From a virus: a stretch of DNA of 64,000 nucleotides. Numbering within the stretch: the stretch's first letter is position 1; every line of letters begins with the position of its first letter. The translations under genes and the position numbers were made by a program. The notes below the pieces were generated by a model, which was not told where the DNA came from, ran no database searches, and saw only the letters and a list, made by a program, of their open reading frames with translations. Of this stretch, positions 10,118-20,716 are shown piece after piece. The stretch covers positions 1 through 64,000 of IMG/VR virus record IMGVR_UViG_3300022188_000226; one strand, 5' to 3'.

Positions 10118-11680
10118 GTGCCAGATGATACTAGTCATGTATGGGTTGATACAACATTTATACCACCAGTGGATGAAGAGTTAGATGTTCCAGTACAGGT
10201 ACATCTTGCTAATAGTGAAAATATTGGAAGTTACTCTATGCCTGTTATTTACTCTCAACATGAGCTTAGATATGCAGCAAATGATGTATTAGTAGCATAT
10301 TTTAATGAGTTAACTTCTATTAGTGGTTTAGAAAATGTTGCTGGTGAATATTTTGCTTTTTATCTCCCTATGATTTCAGGGGTTGAGGTTGCACTAACAG
10401 AGTTTACTGCGGGACAAAAAGATTTGGAGTTTGGGGTTGATGCTCCTGTTATCTACACAACCGGATTTAATTCTGTTTCTGGGACATTAAACGAATTAGT
10501 TGTTTTTACTGGGGGTAAAGAATTTCTGGCAGTAGACAACATTCCGGCTTATTGTAGAACATCAGTCTCTGTAAGTGGAATAATGGAATGGTGGGTTAAC
10601 CACACTAATTTTAGTGGTAACTTAACAAATAGTGGTATACCTATTCCGTTTCATTTAGGAGAGTATAGTTATCAGACAAGGTATAGTACTGGTTCTACAG
10701 CAACTTCTGGGTTTTTAGATAATATTGTTGATATAAGTTTTGCTGGTTGGGTAGGTTTTCCAATGTTAGCGGATGTCTGTTCGTCGGATGAAGGTTATAC
10801 ATTTGGGTATACAAGTGAAGTTACAGCCATTAGCGGTGCAGTAGATGTTAATTATACAGATACGGTTTGCTCGTTATTAACTACAAGTGGCATAGACACA
10901 GATATATATTGTGCTCTTACGGACTACGCACATGTTGGTGGTGAAGTTGAAACAATTAAAGGAAAATTAGGGTTTTTATATGAAGATGTTTATTCAACAA
11001 TAGAAAATGAAGTTGCTTTAAAATTAAATATAGACCTACTTTCATTAAAGATATCTAATTTTTCACTAAATGAGGGGGAGTTTGTAACTAGTTCTGGCTT
11101 TATATCTGTGGATGTAACTGATGACGAATGTCCAGTATCTGTTTCAGGAACTTATTTTATGGTTGATAATGTTAGGGTTCTTGTAACGTTTTCTGGAATA
11201 AAAGATGGGTATAGAATGTATTACAACCCAGAGGATGACTTTGGTTCTATAGAAGGGCCAACTACTTTCACAGTTCATGCAGAAAACGAGTGTGCTGCTG
11301 TTTTAGAAATGGATTATTATCTAACCTTTGGTTATATAGTAGAGTATGAAAATAATCCTACTGTTGGTATGGATTATGGTTTTTATAATAAAGTAGCTGT
11401 AAGAGTGACTGCTGAAAATTATGCGAGTTGCCCAAAAGTTGGGTCGTTAGCATGGGATTTTAAAAGTGTAGGGCTTAAAAATAATGATTTAGGAGCTAGC
11501 ATTGTAGGAAGGTTTTATGCTTGTGGTGATGAAAATTTGTCAGCTGAAATTTATCCGCACAGTACTGCTTACTTTTACAGTAAAAAGTTTACTGTTGTGG
11601 TTAAAGCTAAAGATTTTGCTGGTAATGAAATGGAGCCTTTCGTTTTGAGTTATAAAATCGAGAATAAGCCTGAAAATTGA
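10118..11680 (+). CDS. Acidic, Ser/Thr-rich structural protein with Ig-like C-terminus
   Basis: GGAG SD with GTG start; 12 Ser-Gly motifs; ends VKAKDFAGNEMEP. Confidence 0.65.
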   Translation: MPDDTSHVWVDTTFIPPVDEELDVPVQVHLANSENIGSYSMPVIYSQHELRYAANDVLVAYFNELTSISGLENVAGEYFAFYLPMISGVEVALTEFTAGQKDLEFGVDAPVIYTTGFNSVSGTLNELVVFTGGKEFLAVDNIPAYCRTSVSVSGIMEWWVNHTNFSGNLTNSGIPIPFHLGEYSYQTRYSTGSTATSGFLDNIVDISFAGWVGFPMLADVCSSDEGYTFGYTSEVTAISGAVDVNYTDTVCSLLTTSGIDTDIYCALTDYAHVGGEVETIKGKLGFLYEDVYSTIENEVALKLNIDLLSLKISNFSLNEGEFVTSSGFISVDVTDDECPVSVSGTYFMVDNVRVLVTFSGIKDGYRMYYNPEDDFGSIEGPTTFTVHAENECAAVLEMDYYLTFGYIVEYENNPTVGMDYGFYNKVAVRVTAENYASCPKVGSLAWDFKSVGLKNNDLGASIVGRFYACGDENLSAEIYPHSTAYFYSKKFTVVVKAKDFAGNEMEPFVLSYKIENKPEN

Positions 11681-11698
11681 TACTAGGAGGTAAATTTT

Positions 11699-13267
11699 AT
11701 GAGTGCTGTAACGAGATGGGTAGAATATGCTGTTGACGCTGCAGGAATTGCAGGAACAGGTGGGGGTACCCAAGAAGGAACCGGTATCCGTGGTTATTCA
11801 TTGGCAACTGGTGCTACAGATAAGTCTAAATTTCAAATTGGAGCCGGGAATAATCGATTACACTTAGGTATAAATGGGGATTCGGCTTATATTACTTTAG
11901 CAAGTGGTATTGACCTTGACCCACGTTTTATCGCGAAAGATATTAGTGAAAAGTTGCATAATTTAGGTAAGAATGACCCTTCTTACGACCAATCACAATG
12001 TGTTTGGGAAAATAATAGGTTGAAGTTGTATTCAGGAAGTTTAGGTTCAAGTTCGTCTGTAACAGTTACTAGTGGTACTAATACTGCACATACTGAACTT
12101 GGTTGGGGGTCTAAAACAGAAGTTGGGGGGACTAATAATAACCCAGCAACTGGCTCTCTTAATCAGTATAACGGTGGATTGACCGTGTCAGGTACGTATA
12201 GTGGATTTTTTGATGAAGTTTATACAGTTGTTATTCATAATGGTTGGACAATTAACACTCCTGTTAAAGGAGGGTCTAATTCTTATACAGGTACTATTTC
12301 TACAGGTGGTATTTTTAATCATACTTCTGATATTACGTATACTATATATACCGATACTACAAATGGTACGACTATGGGTGGTGGATCTGGAAACGTTCCT
12401 AAGATGTCTTGGATATCAACTGGTAATGCAGATAATAGTGGTCAGGATGTAGAGTTACTTTATCCGAATTATTGGTATAAGTTGGGGACTAAAGGAACTA
12501 TGGTTAAGTTTACTGATGCCGTGTTTAGTCATAACCAGTCACCAAACAGTGCGTGGACAATTGATTGTGTGTTCCCACAGACAACACATGGTTCGAATTC
12601 TCAGGGGTCTGACGGAGATGCTAGATATGTTTGGGGGAGTACACGTGGGGATGATTCTGGAAATAATCCAATTGTAACAAGTAATTCGACTTTCACACAG
12701 CTTGGTAGTAGGGGTTTATATATTAAAGCTACTGGGGCTAATATGTACAAAGCCGGTGATCAATTTAAAATAGTGTGTACCCCACCACAGCCTAAATCAT
12801 ACGAGATCACTAATTTGAATTATGGAAATGTGACGGTTTCAACAGAAGCTGCTGTTAAGTCAGTAATTTTTGAAATAATGTCGGGTGCTATTGAAATGAG
12901 CACTGTAAAGTTCGGTTTACAGAGTCATGGTTCTTTCGAGCACCATAATGAAAATAATTCAGATACTTTTTTTAGATTTGGAACAGTGGGGCCTGGGCAG
13001 TCAGCTGGCTCATTTCCTGTTGATGGGTTGGAGTGGCACGCGAACACACAGTCTTCAGATATCGCAAATGATATTCCGCCAACATATTTACATGCAACAA
13101 AAGCAAATTTAGATGTTGTTTCAGATGCTGATGATTCTGAAGTAATAGGTTCAAGTAGTTTTATGGGAATGGTTTCAGACCCCATTTTCTTGAATATAAA
13201 ACTCGGTGCTAGTGAGGTCGGGGCTAATAGTACAATAAATTATCGCATCTTTTTTGATTATTCGTGA
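11699..13267 (+). CDS. Gly/Ser/Thr-rich virion structural protein
   Basis: Strong AGGAGGT SD; beta-rich composition; N-terminal domain shared with 1..765 and 20706..29732. Confidence 0.7.
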   Translation: MSAVTRWVEYAVDAAGIAGTGGGTQEGTGIRGYSLATGATDKSKFQIGAGNNRLHLGINGDSAYITLASGIDLDPRFIAKDISEKLHNLGKNDPSYDQSQCVWENNRLKLYSGSLGSSSSVTVTSGTNTAHTELGWGSKTEVGGTNNNPATGSLNQYNGGLTVSGTYSGFFDEVYTVVIHNGWTINTPVKGGSNSYTGTISTGGIFNHTSDITYTIYTDTTNGTTMGGGSGNVPKMSWISTGNADNSGQDVELLYPNYWYKLGTKGTMVKFTDAVFSHNQSPNSAWTIDCVFPQTTHGSNSQGSDGDARYVWGSTRGDDSGNNPIVTSNSTFTQLGSRGLYIKATGANMYKAGDQFKIVCTPPQPKSYEITNLNYGNVTVSTEAAVKSVIFEIMSGAIEMSTVKFGLQSHGSFEHHNENNSDTFFRFGTVGPGQSAGSFPVDGLEWHANTQSSDIANDIPPTYLHATKANLDVVSDADDSEVIGSSSFMGMVSDPIFLNIKLGASEVGANSTINYRIFFDYS

Positions 13268-13382
13268 TATTTCAGGTACTTACGTCCAAAACAAATACTA
13301 TACTCAATAGTTGATAAACTAACCTCAGTTTAAGTAGGGAGTACATATACGTATTTCCATAAACAATTAGGAGGTAATTTAT

Positions 13383-14201
13383 ATGAAGAGACTAGGATGG
13401 TTGGACGGGAAGAAAGACGAGGTAGTTAAATTATATGATTCTGGCAAAACTCAAGCTGAAGTAGCAAAACACTTCAAGGTTTCACAAGCGGCTATTAGCA
13501 CTCGTCTGAGGAAGTGGGGGCTGAGTAACCCTGACGGAAACCGATTTAAAAGATTTGATAATATAGATAAGGAGACTGTTAGACGTCTGTATTGGGATGA
13601 GGAAATGCATCCTGTACGGATAGCAGAAAAATATGGTTGTCATAAACAAGTCATAGTTAACCGTATGAAAGATTGGGGTATCCCTTTGAGAACTAAAAGC
13701 CAAGCTCGTATGGGTGAGTTAAATCCTATTTACGGTGTAGGACATACTAATGGGGCTAAAAAGAAAATGTCAGAGGCTTTTGAAAATGGAAGAGTTATAG
13801 GGTTTAACACACATTGGGGAATTGGTAGTTTTTATGAGACACCAAACCAAGGTGATGTTTGGATGCGATCTGGTTGGGAAACTGTTACAGCAGATTATTT
13901 AACTACTCAAGGTAAAGATTGGTATTATGAGTATGAGTGGATTAAGTTAGCGGAGTCTTTTCGTTACTTACCGGATTTTTATTTACCTGAATATAATTTA
14001 TATATTGAAGTTAAGGGTAGAGTAAAAGAAAAGGATATAAAGATAAAAGATATAATGTTAGCTTCTGGTTATAAATTTTTATTTTGGGATGGAGAAGAGC
14101 TATTAAAACGCGGAATTATAAGTAATTCGGGAAAGACTGATATAAATAAAAAATATGTCAATGAGCCTGATTTTGTAGAAAATTGGGAAAGTTATAAGTA
14201 A
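13383..14201 (+). CDS. Free-standing homing endonuclease-like protein (two HTHs, NUMOD3-like motif, PD-(D/E)XK nuclease)
   Basis: TQAEVAKHFKVSQAAIS HTH; NPIYGVGHTNGAKKKMS; RSGWE...YLPDFYLPEYNLYIEVKG; AGGAGGT SD. Confidence 0.8.
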   Translation: MKRLGWLDGKKDEVVKLYDSGKTQAEVAKHFKVSQAAISTRLRKWGLSNPDGNRFKRFDNIDKETVRRLYWDEEMHPVRIAEKYGCHKQVIVNRMKDWGIPLRTKSQARMGELNPIYGVGHTNGAKKKMSEAFENGRVIGFNTHWGIGSFYETPNQGDVWMRSGWETVTADYLTTQGKDWYYEYEWIKLAESFRYLPDFYLPEYNLYIEVKGRVKEKDIKIKDIMLASGYKFLFWDGEELLKRGIISNSGKTDINKKYVNEPDFVENWESYK

Positions 14202-14223
14202 CTAAAAGGAAAAGGGGGATATT

Positions 14224-14439
14224 ATGCCGTTGTATGATTTGGTTTGTGATAGTTGCGGGCATGTAGAGGAGTGTTTACTAAAATTAGACGAACAAGAGCC
14301 GGTGTGTGACAAGTGTGGACTCCGTATGCGGAAAGCCATGTCAGCTCCGGCTTTTCATTTGAAGGGCAAGGGTTGGTTTAAAGTTGACCGTTATGGACTA
14401 AAAGAACCTAAAAAAGGAGGGGGTAAAAATAATGCGTAG
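14224..14439 (+). CDS. FmdB-family zinc-ribbon protein
   Basis: MPLYDLVCDSCGH...CDKCG...MSAPAFHLKGKGWF. Confidence 0.85.
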   Translation: MPLYDLVCDSCGHVEECLLKLDEQEPVCDKCGLRMRKAMSAPAFHLKGKGWFKVDRYGLKEPKKGGGKNNA

Positions 14440-14746
14440 AGGATTCAGAGGGTGGGAAGTAGAATATGTAGATGGTACTAGTATTAATGAGGAACAGGCT
14501 GAATGGCAAGATGTTCCTAAGATTGATATTGTTAGGCTGACTCTACATTATGATGGGCGTAGATGGGATATTAGTAATAAAGAAGTTTATTACCAAAAGA
14601 AACATGCTTCCGTTATACCAAATATAACTGATAGCTTTCGTATTGAATCGCGTTCTGTTGGTTATTACGAAGGTAACAGTAAAATTCTGTACACAGTAAA
14701 TGAGTATACTGGTAGAATGCAGATGGAGGTTAAGGAGGTGGTTTAA
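14432..14746 (+). CDS. Hypothetical protein
   Basis: GGAGG SD; overlaps both neighbours; weak similarity to 7581..8045. Confidence 0.65.
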   Translation: MRRGFRGWEVEYVDGTSINEEQAEWQDVPKIDIVRLTLHYDGRRWDISNKEVYYQKKHASVIPNITDSFRIESRSVGYYEGNSKILYTVNEYTGRMQMEVKEVV

Positions 14747-17700
14747 TGGCTATTGATCCTTGGGAGCTTATATTGGAGTGGTGGCAGAATTATCAGGCAG
14801 ATCCGCGTGCTGATGCCGAAAATATTGAATCAGGTTTAAGAAAACAACAAACAGCATCAAAAAGTTCGTTTAGCAGCACTGATCCGGCAGTGACTAGTAG
14901 TTTACAGACTGCTTCGTGTCAGTACTGGGTTAAAGGGTTGCCAAATGTTTGTGCACATTGGGACAGTACTAATATGGTTTGCGGATACAGGAATTCGTCG
15001 GACGATATTCAGTCAAGTGATATACCAACTGGTAGTGCTACCGGAGGTTGTGACGGGTTAGGTAGACGTCAGTGGTGTAACAGGTATAAAGCTCCGGTAG
15101 ACCAAGCAACTGGTGAAACTATTAATTATGATCATGAAAAGTATGCGTGTATATTACCGTGTATAGAACGATCAGGATCAGGGCGTACTATACATCACGA
15201 AAAAGGTATACAAACAGTTCCTTGGGCCCCAAATGAAATTGCTGGGTATAATCCAGATGATAAGAATGTAGGTCAATGTGACAATAATGGTATGGGTAGG
15301 GGTAAGGAGGGATTTACTCAAGATTTTATTGAAAATTTACAACTGCTTCCACCAATATGTAAACATTATAAACCACACATGATGGGTTTTGGTGCTGTAG
15401 ACCCAAGACCTTACCACGGTAATCCCCCATCTTCTATATGGAATGATGGACAGACTTATATTCCTAGGACACCGAAAAAACTACATGATGGTTCTATAGC
15501 AGACCCACTAGTTATGATGAATAAGCGTCTGCCTTTTTCGTTTCAAGTATATAATCAAAGATCACAGTTTCAAAAATGTGCTTTTTGGGATGCTGATTTT
15601 GGTGGGGCATTTAGATTCGGTGATTATGGGGCAGATCCGTCATATTTTCAGATACAGATTAATCAAAAGGCAGAGTCTTACTGTTTGTTACGTCGTGAGG
15701 GTAATATTTCAGTAAAGGATTACACAGATATTGATCCAGATACTACTAATATTCCTTGGGTATTACAAGATGTGTGGACAAAAGGCGGTACAGTTGTTTG
15801 TAATGGGGCTAAACCAGAATGTCCGTGTTACACTGGAAGTTGGGTATTTTGTAGGGATAGAAATATGCAAGATGGTATGCGTATTTCTGCAGATCAGCTT
15901 TTTGAATTAAGATTTTGGGCATCTGATTGGTCTTCTCAAGAAGAGTATGATAAGTTTTACGAAGAAAAGCCTGGTATTACACATGAAGGTTTTAGTGACG
16001 TAACAACAGCGGATATATACACATTTACTAAATGGGTACAAGACGAATTAACTGATGAAGTAAGTGCCAGTGACAGTGTAATGAGAGGCAGCAAACACCA
16101 TATGTGCATGCCAGCTCCGTTACATATGCGTGAGTATGATCATGCCGCTTATACGAGTATTGAACCTGTTATTTATCCTAAGCATGATTATTACTCAGGT
16201 ACAACTACTAAATCAGAAGTTGCTTATCCTACGTTGGTACGTGAGTTAGCATCTTCAGATAATATTTTTCCAAATATATTAGTAATACATCCTTACGCGT
16301 CAATGGATTCCTGGAATATGACAGTTTGTAATCAAGAAGATTATGTTGAATTTAGTTATCATAATCATAATCTTATGCACGATAAGCCTAAAATTTCTGT
16401 AGTAGGGCAGTGTGTACGTAATAGTAGGATGTGGGCAATAAACGTATCTCATGAAGGTGTTTTGGACTGTTTAGAAACATATAGTGTGCTTAATACTATG
16501 AGGGTTAATACTAGAGCACAACTTATTCCAGATGCACAATATGAATTTTTTTGTAGAGGTGTTGAAAAATTAATTGTTAAAGCAGACTCTGGTGGTTCTG
16601 CTGGCATTGTAGAGGGCCAAACAAATGAATATGGGTTTTTTATGTTGGAAGGTCTTGAACTGATAGCTAATGGTGATAATGAAATATTTATTATATGTGA
16701 GTTTGAAGGTGGTGATTACCCATTATTTGTTTATAGGTATAGAAGGGTTAAAAGTAAGTATTTTGGAGCATTAATAACACAAAATGAGTTTAGTCATAAA
16801 TATGTCGGAAGTATTTGGGAAAATACAACACCAAAGATGTTTAGTCCGTCATGTACCGTTTACGGTTCGGTAAGTTCTATTAACGGTGAAGTAGCTTCTG
16901 TTATTTCTTGTTATTCTTTTTTTAGGCCTGATCCCCTTTTGGGGGATCAGCATTATTATTCTTACAGTTTTAATGCTTATTCAGAAGAAGAAGAGGATCT
17001 TGACCAATGGGTACAGGTGGGGCCAACAGGGTATATTTGGGCTGAGCTTCCAGACATTAATATTTCTTACTTGTTTGGTTTTGAAGTTATAGAAGCTTTT
17101 ATGGAGCCAAAAAATTCTGGTACTGAGGAGAGTCCAAAATGGCCAAGTTCTTGTGGTGGGTTTGAGAATGAAAGCAATATTGCTATAGAATTAGAAGTTG
17201 TTGAGACTAAAAGAAAACAAATACCACCAAGTGGTATTTTATTAGAATATAAGAAGGGCGGTAAGCATCGTCCAAGAGCTTTTTTTAATAAAGATTGGCG
17301 ATTGAGGATTAAATACAAATTCGTGAAACTAGAATCCTCACAAGCTTTGGCTCATAATGCTGAAGATTATTGGCCTATATGGAACGCATATGGGGGAATA
17401 CACTTTGTAAATTCACCTTATGACATAATATTTGATGTTGGTAGTGCTGACTTTACAATTACTGGACTAGGCGGTATGGCTTCTAGAGGTACAGCTGCTG
17501 TAATGGCTCTTGTAGTAGATCAAAAAGATGGTAGGTTGCAAGCTGTTGCTGCTTCAAAGATGTTACTGACTGGTATGAGGTTCACATGTAGAAGCATTGA
17601 CATTCTTTACTCGTATATGGCGTCAGCCACTGTGTATGATTTGGAGCCTGCATTTGGGTTTTTTACATGGAGAGGTTCTCCACAGGTTAATCCGTCAACG

Positions 17701-20307
17701 AGTCAAGGGAGATCTCACGTTACTCAAGCACCATGTGGTGACCATGAGTGTGGTAGAATTGGGCCAATGTGGTTTCCGTTTAATGTTTGTACATCTGATA
17801 ATTTTTATAATGTCCTTAATGGGGCTGGTCAATGCACTATGCCAGTATCTGAGGGGGATGCTTCTGTTAAAGTTATGGGAAATGGGGCTTGGCGTTATTG
17901 TATGGCTAACGAGTTTAAGTCTTGGATAACCCCTGGCGGTAATTGGGCCGCTGCTTGTGGTACAGGGTTTTATTATCATTATAGTCAAGCTAACACTTCT
18001 ACTATGCAGTTTATAGGTTGGGCAAAAAAGAAGGGTAAGATTGAGAAGGATTATTATCTTATGTATGATTGGGCTTTGCCTCCGTTTGGTAATACTGGTA
18101 GAAACATGGTCGAGCGATGGTTATTTAGAGATTATGCAAGTTTTTCTGATTTCAGTGGTCCGAAACCAAAAATATCAACTGAATATGTGCCTTTAGTTTT
18201 AGACAGAGAGGACTTTATAGACGATTTAGACGCTTTTACTTACCCTGGGATTAGTTCACACCCTGAGCTACATGAACCTTTCTCTCACAGATCAATATTG
18301 TCTACATTAACAGCTAAATGGATAAATGAAGAGTTAGTACAAAACGAAAGACATAGGTTTGAAGATATCATTGAGGTAGAGACTCATTCTGGTTGTATGT
18401 ATCCATGGCCTAATCTTATAGGATACGGGGTAGCAAGATATAAGTTTAAGTATGAAAATTTGGCATGGGCTTGGCCTGAATATTGGAAGTCTATAGAAAG
18501 GGGAGTAGGAACTGATAAATTTAAATGGCTAGAGTTGTCTGCTCCAAGATATCTGATTGATGGAATTAAAAAAAGGCATAGGCTTATTACTGATGAAGGT
18601 TTACATACTATTGCATTTAAAGCCCCTATAGTAGGAAATCAAAGTGGTGGTAGTGATGGGTATGGAGATAACAGTAATGCTTTAGATTCTCCAGATAATT
18701 TGGCTGGTATTTGTTTAGATGGGCCATATTGGAGATATTTTAAATTAGAATATGAAGATTATACATCTGGTTATATTGAGTGGGTAGATGAAAGTGCTTC
18801 AGGAGAAGATGATGGTTCTGGGGGGTCAGGGTTTGAGGAGGGGAACTATAACATTTATGAGGAGGCTAATAATGGGACAGGTTCTGAAGTTGAGGAGAGT
18901 GAAATCTCAAAGTGGGTACATGATTTTGATACTTTATTTGATTCTGATGCTTCTACAGGACTAGTTGCTGATAGAAAAGTAGCAGCAGGGTCTGGTTTTA
19001 GTCGTTTTAATAGAGGTTTAATTGCAAAAATACCTAAGAATAGACTAAATCAACTTCCTATGACAGAATCAAATATGGGTGTTGGGCAACTCATTGATGG
19101 TGATCTTTCTTTTGATACACCTTACGGAAATTCTGCTATTTTCGTTTGGGGGGCTAACGATTTGAAATCTTCAGCAACTAGATTAGTTATTGTTGGTGTC
19201 TGGGGAACTGGTGGAAATCTTAGTGAGGAAAATTTAGTTAATTTATGTAAACCGTCTGTATCTTTTATGGAAAAAGAAGGCGGTGAAATGAAGAACGTGT
19301 ATTCCAGAGGAGGACGTTCTGGCTGGTGTTTATCTTCTACAGGTGATAAGAAGGAGACATATACTCTTGAAGCTGAGTTTAGTAAATATCCAGATAGGTT
19401 ACTGCATCCTTCAGATTATCACGAATTAACACTTTCACCAGTAGCTACTGAGTTTATGCAAATAACTAGCGTTACGTTGTATGGGTCTAATTATACTACT
19501 CAGACTGAAGAAGTAGTAAAAGTTTGGGAACAAAAGTTCTATGTATCTACTTTAGATATAGGGGGTGCAGCTAACGCAGACGGGCCTGATACAAAAAATT
19601 ATAGGGATTATGCGAGAGATGGTAGAAGAGCCGGTCAGTATTTACCAGTAGAAGATGGTGATTTGTGGAATACTGGAGCTCCTGGTAATGCTGTTTCCAA
19701 AATGGTTATGATCTCGGCAGGAAAATATTATGGGGTAGATGAGGATGAAAAGATACCAGTTACTTTAGGAAATTTAAAGACAGTAGAAGCAGACGAGCAG
19801 AAATTGTTATATGAAGAGGCTGTAGAGTTAGATGGACATGCTGAACTTTTTTTTGACCCAGTATTACCTCCAAATATAGCATATTTTATTAAGGACGTTT
19901 TAAATATTTCTGATAGTTTAGAGATTAATGCGTGTAAATTAAAATATGATATAGTAGATTGGAAACATAATATACATAAATGCCGTTTTCTTCAAAATGG
20001 CGAATTTTTCTCACCAGGTGGTCATTATTTTAAATGGTCAGACTCATATTTTAAAAGTAGGTGTTATATTTCCGGGCCAATAGAAACAGTATATACTCCG
20101 GTTTGGGTGCACCATAGACATGGAGGGCCAGACGGTGGCTCAAAAACTGAGAGTATTCCTAGTGTAGGGGACTCTTATGCTGGGGTAGTTAGGCTAGATT
20201 ATTATGAAGGACGGTTGTGGCAGCTTGGGGTTTTAGGTTTTAGTGAAACAGGTCAACCAACAGATGTTTTAACGGGGGCTAAAAACCAGGTTTACGAAAG
20301 GAGTTAA
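14746..20307 (+). CDS. Very large Cys/Trp-rich protein of unknown function, probably virion-associated
   Basis: 1853-aa ORF with AAGGAGGTG SD, many Cys clusters and acidic Gly/Ser linkers. Confidence 0.7.
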   Translation: MAIDPWELILEWWQNYQADPRADAENIESGLRKQQTASKSSFSSTDPAVTSSLQTASCQYWVKGLPNVCAHWDSTNMVCGYRNSSDDIQSSDIPTGSATGGCDGLGRRQWCNRYKAPVDQATGETINYDHEKYACILPCIERSGSGRTIHHEKGIQTVPWAPNEIAGYNPDDKNVGQCDNNGMGRGKEGFTQDFIENLQLLPPICKHYKPHMMGFGAVDPRPYHGNPPSSIWNDGQTYIPRTPKKLHDGSIADPLVMMNKRLPFSFQVYNQRSQFQKCAFWDADFGGAFRFGDYGADPSYFQIQINQKAESYCLLRREGNISVKDYTDIDPDTTNIPWVLQDVWTKGGTVVCNGAKPECPCYTGSWVFCRDRNMQDGMRISADQLFELRFWASDWSSQEEYDKFYEEKPGITHEGFSDVTTADIYTFTKWVQDELTDEVSASDSVMRGSKHHMCMPAPLHMREYDHAAYTSIEPVIYPKHDYYSGTTTKSEVAYPTLVRELASSDNIFPNILVIHPYASMDSWNMTVCNQEDYVEFSYHNHNLMHDKPKISVVGQCVRNSRMWAINVSHEGVLDCLETYSVLNTMRVNTRAQLIPDAQYEFFCRGVEKLIVKADSGGSAGIVEGQTNEYGFFMLEGLELIANGDNEIFIICEFEGGDYPLFVYRYRRVKSKYFGALITQNEFSHKYVGSIWENTTPKMFSPSCTVYGSVSSINGEVASVISCYSFFRPDPLLGDQHYYSYSFNAYSEEEEDLDQWVQVGPTGYIWAELPDINISYLFGFEVIEAFMEPKNSGTEESPKWPSSCGGFENESNIAIELEVVETKRKQIPPSGILLEYKKGGKHRPRAFFNKDWRLRIKYKFVKLESSQALAHNAEDYWPIWNAYGGIHFVNSPYDIIFDVGSADFTITGLGGMASRGTAAVMALVVDQKDGRLQAVAASKMLLTGMRFTCRSIDILYSYMASATVYDLEPAFGFFTWRGSPQVNPSTSQGRSHVTQAPCGDHECGRIGPMWFPFNVCTSDNFYNVLNGAGQCTMPVSEGDASVKVMGNGAWRYCMANEFKSWITPGGNWAAACGTGFYYHYSQANTSTMQFIGWAKKKGKIEKDYYLMYDWALPPFGNTGRNMVERWLFRDYASFSDFSGPKPKISTEYVPLVLDREDFIDDLDAFTYPGISSHPELHEPFSHRSILSTLTAKWINEELVQNERHRFEDIIEVETHSGCMYPWPNLIGYGVARYKFKYENLAWAWPEYWKSIERGVGTDKFKWLELSAPRYLIDGIKKRHRLITDEGLHTIAFKAPIVGNQSGGSDGYGDNSNALDSPDNLAGICLDGPYWRYFKLEYEDYTSGYIEWVDESASGEDDGSGGSGFEEGNYNIYEEANNGTGSEVEESEISKWVHDFDTLFDSDASTGLVADRKVAAGSGFSRFNRGLIAKIPKNRLNQLPMTESNMGVGQLIDGDLSFDTPYGNSAIFVWGANDLKSSATRLVIVGVWGTGGNLSEENLVNLCKPSVSFMEKEGGEMKNVYSRGGRSGWCLSSTGDKKETYTLEAEFSKYPDRLLHPSDYHELTLSPVATEFMQITSVTLYGSNYTTQTEEVVKVWEQKFYVSTLDIGGAANADGPDTKNYRDYARDGRRAGQYLPVEDGDLWNTGAPGNAVSKMVMISAGKYYGVDEDEKIPVTLGNLKTVEADEQKLLYEEAVELDGHAELFFDPVLPPNIAYFIKDVLNISDSLEINACKLKYDIVDWKHNIHKCRFLQNGEFFSPGGHYFKWSDSYFKSRCYISGPIETVYTPVWVHHRHGGPDGGSKTESIPSVGDSYAGVVRLDYYEGRLWQLGVLGFSETGQPTDVLTGAKNQVYERS

Positions 20308-20308
20308 T

Positions 20309-20716
20309 ATGTTGGAAAATTTTTTAGGTGTAGTTAAATGTGAATTATGTCAGGGTCAGTTGATTGCTGATCCAAAAAGTACCATGGAGGATTATGTTAT
20401 AACCACGAATACTAATGTTACAAATATATTTGAAAATATAGACGTGTTACTAAATAAGTATATAGTCTATACATGTATGTCTTGTGGTAATAAAGTAAAA
20501 TATACATATAAGGAATTAGAAAAGAGTTTTAGAAAGACGTTAACAGAAAAACTTTTAGTGTTAGTAGCGAAAGGGGTAATTGTTGGTACAGAAGTTACTA
20601 TGGAACAATATTTTATATATTGTGGTAAATGTCCAGGGTTTGATGGGTGTGGTGGGTGTCCAATATCGGTATTTGATGAATGTAAGGTAAAGAGGTTTCC
20701 AGTAAATGAGTTATAA
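20309..20716 (+). CDS. Multi-CxxC zinc-binding protein
   Basis: CELC, CMSC, CGKC..CGGC..C; AAAGGAG SD. Confidence 0.7.
   Translation: MLENFLGVVKCELCQGQLIADPKSTMEDYVITTNTNVTNIFENIDVLLNKYIVYTCMSCGNKVKYTYKELEKSFRKTLTEKLLVLVAKGVIVGTEVTMEQYFIYCGKCPGFDGCGGCPISVFDECKVKRFPVNEL

Noticed and set aside
14734-14749. Possible in-window targets of the putative guides (GGAGGTGGTTTAATGG vs 51645 onward; ATGACAGAAAA at 58396 vs 59546)
   Set aside because: The matches are short or gapped and explained by shared SD/start-codon composition.
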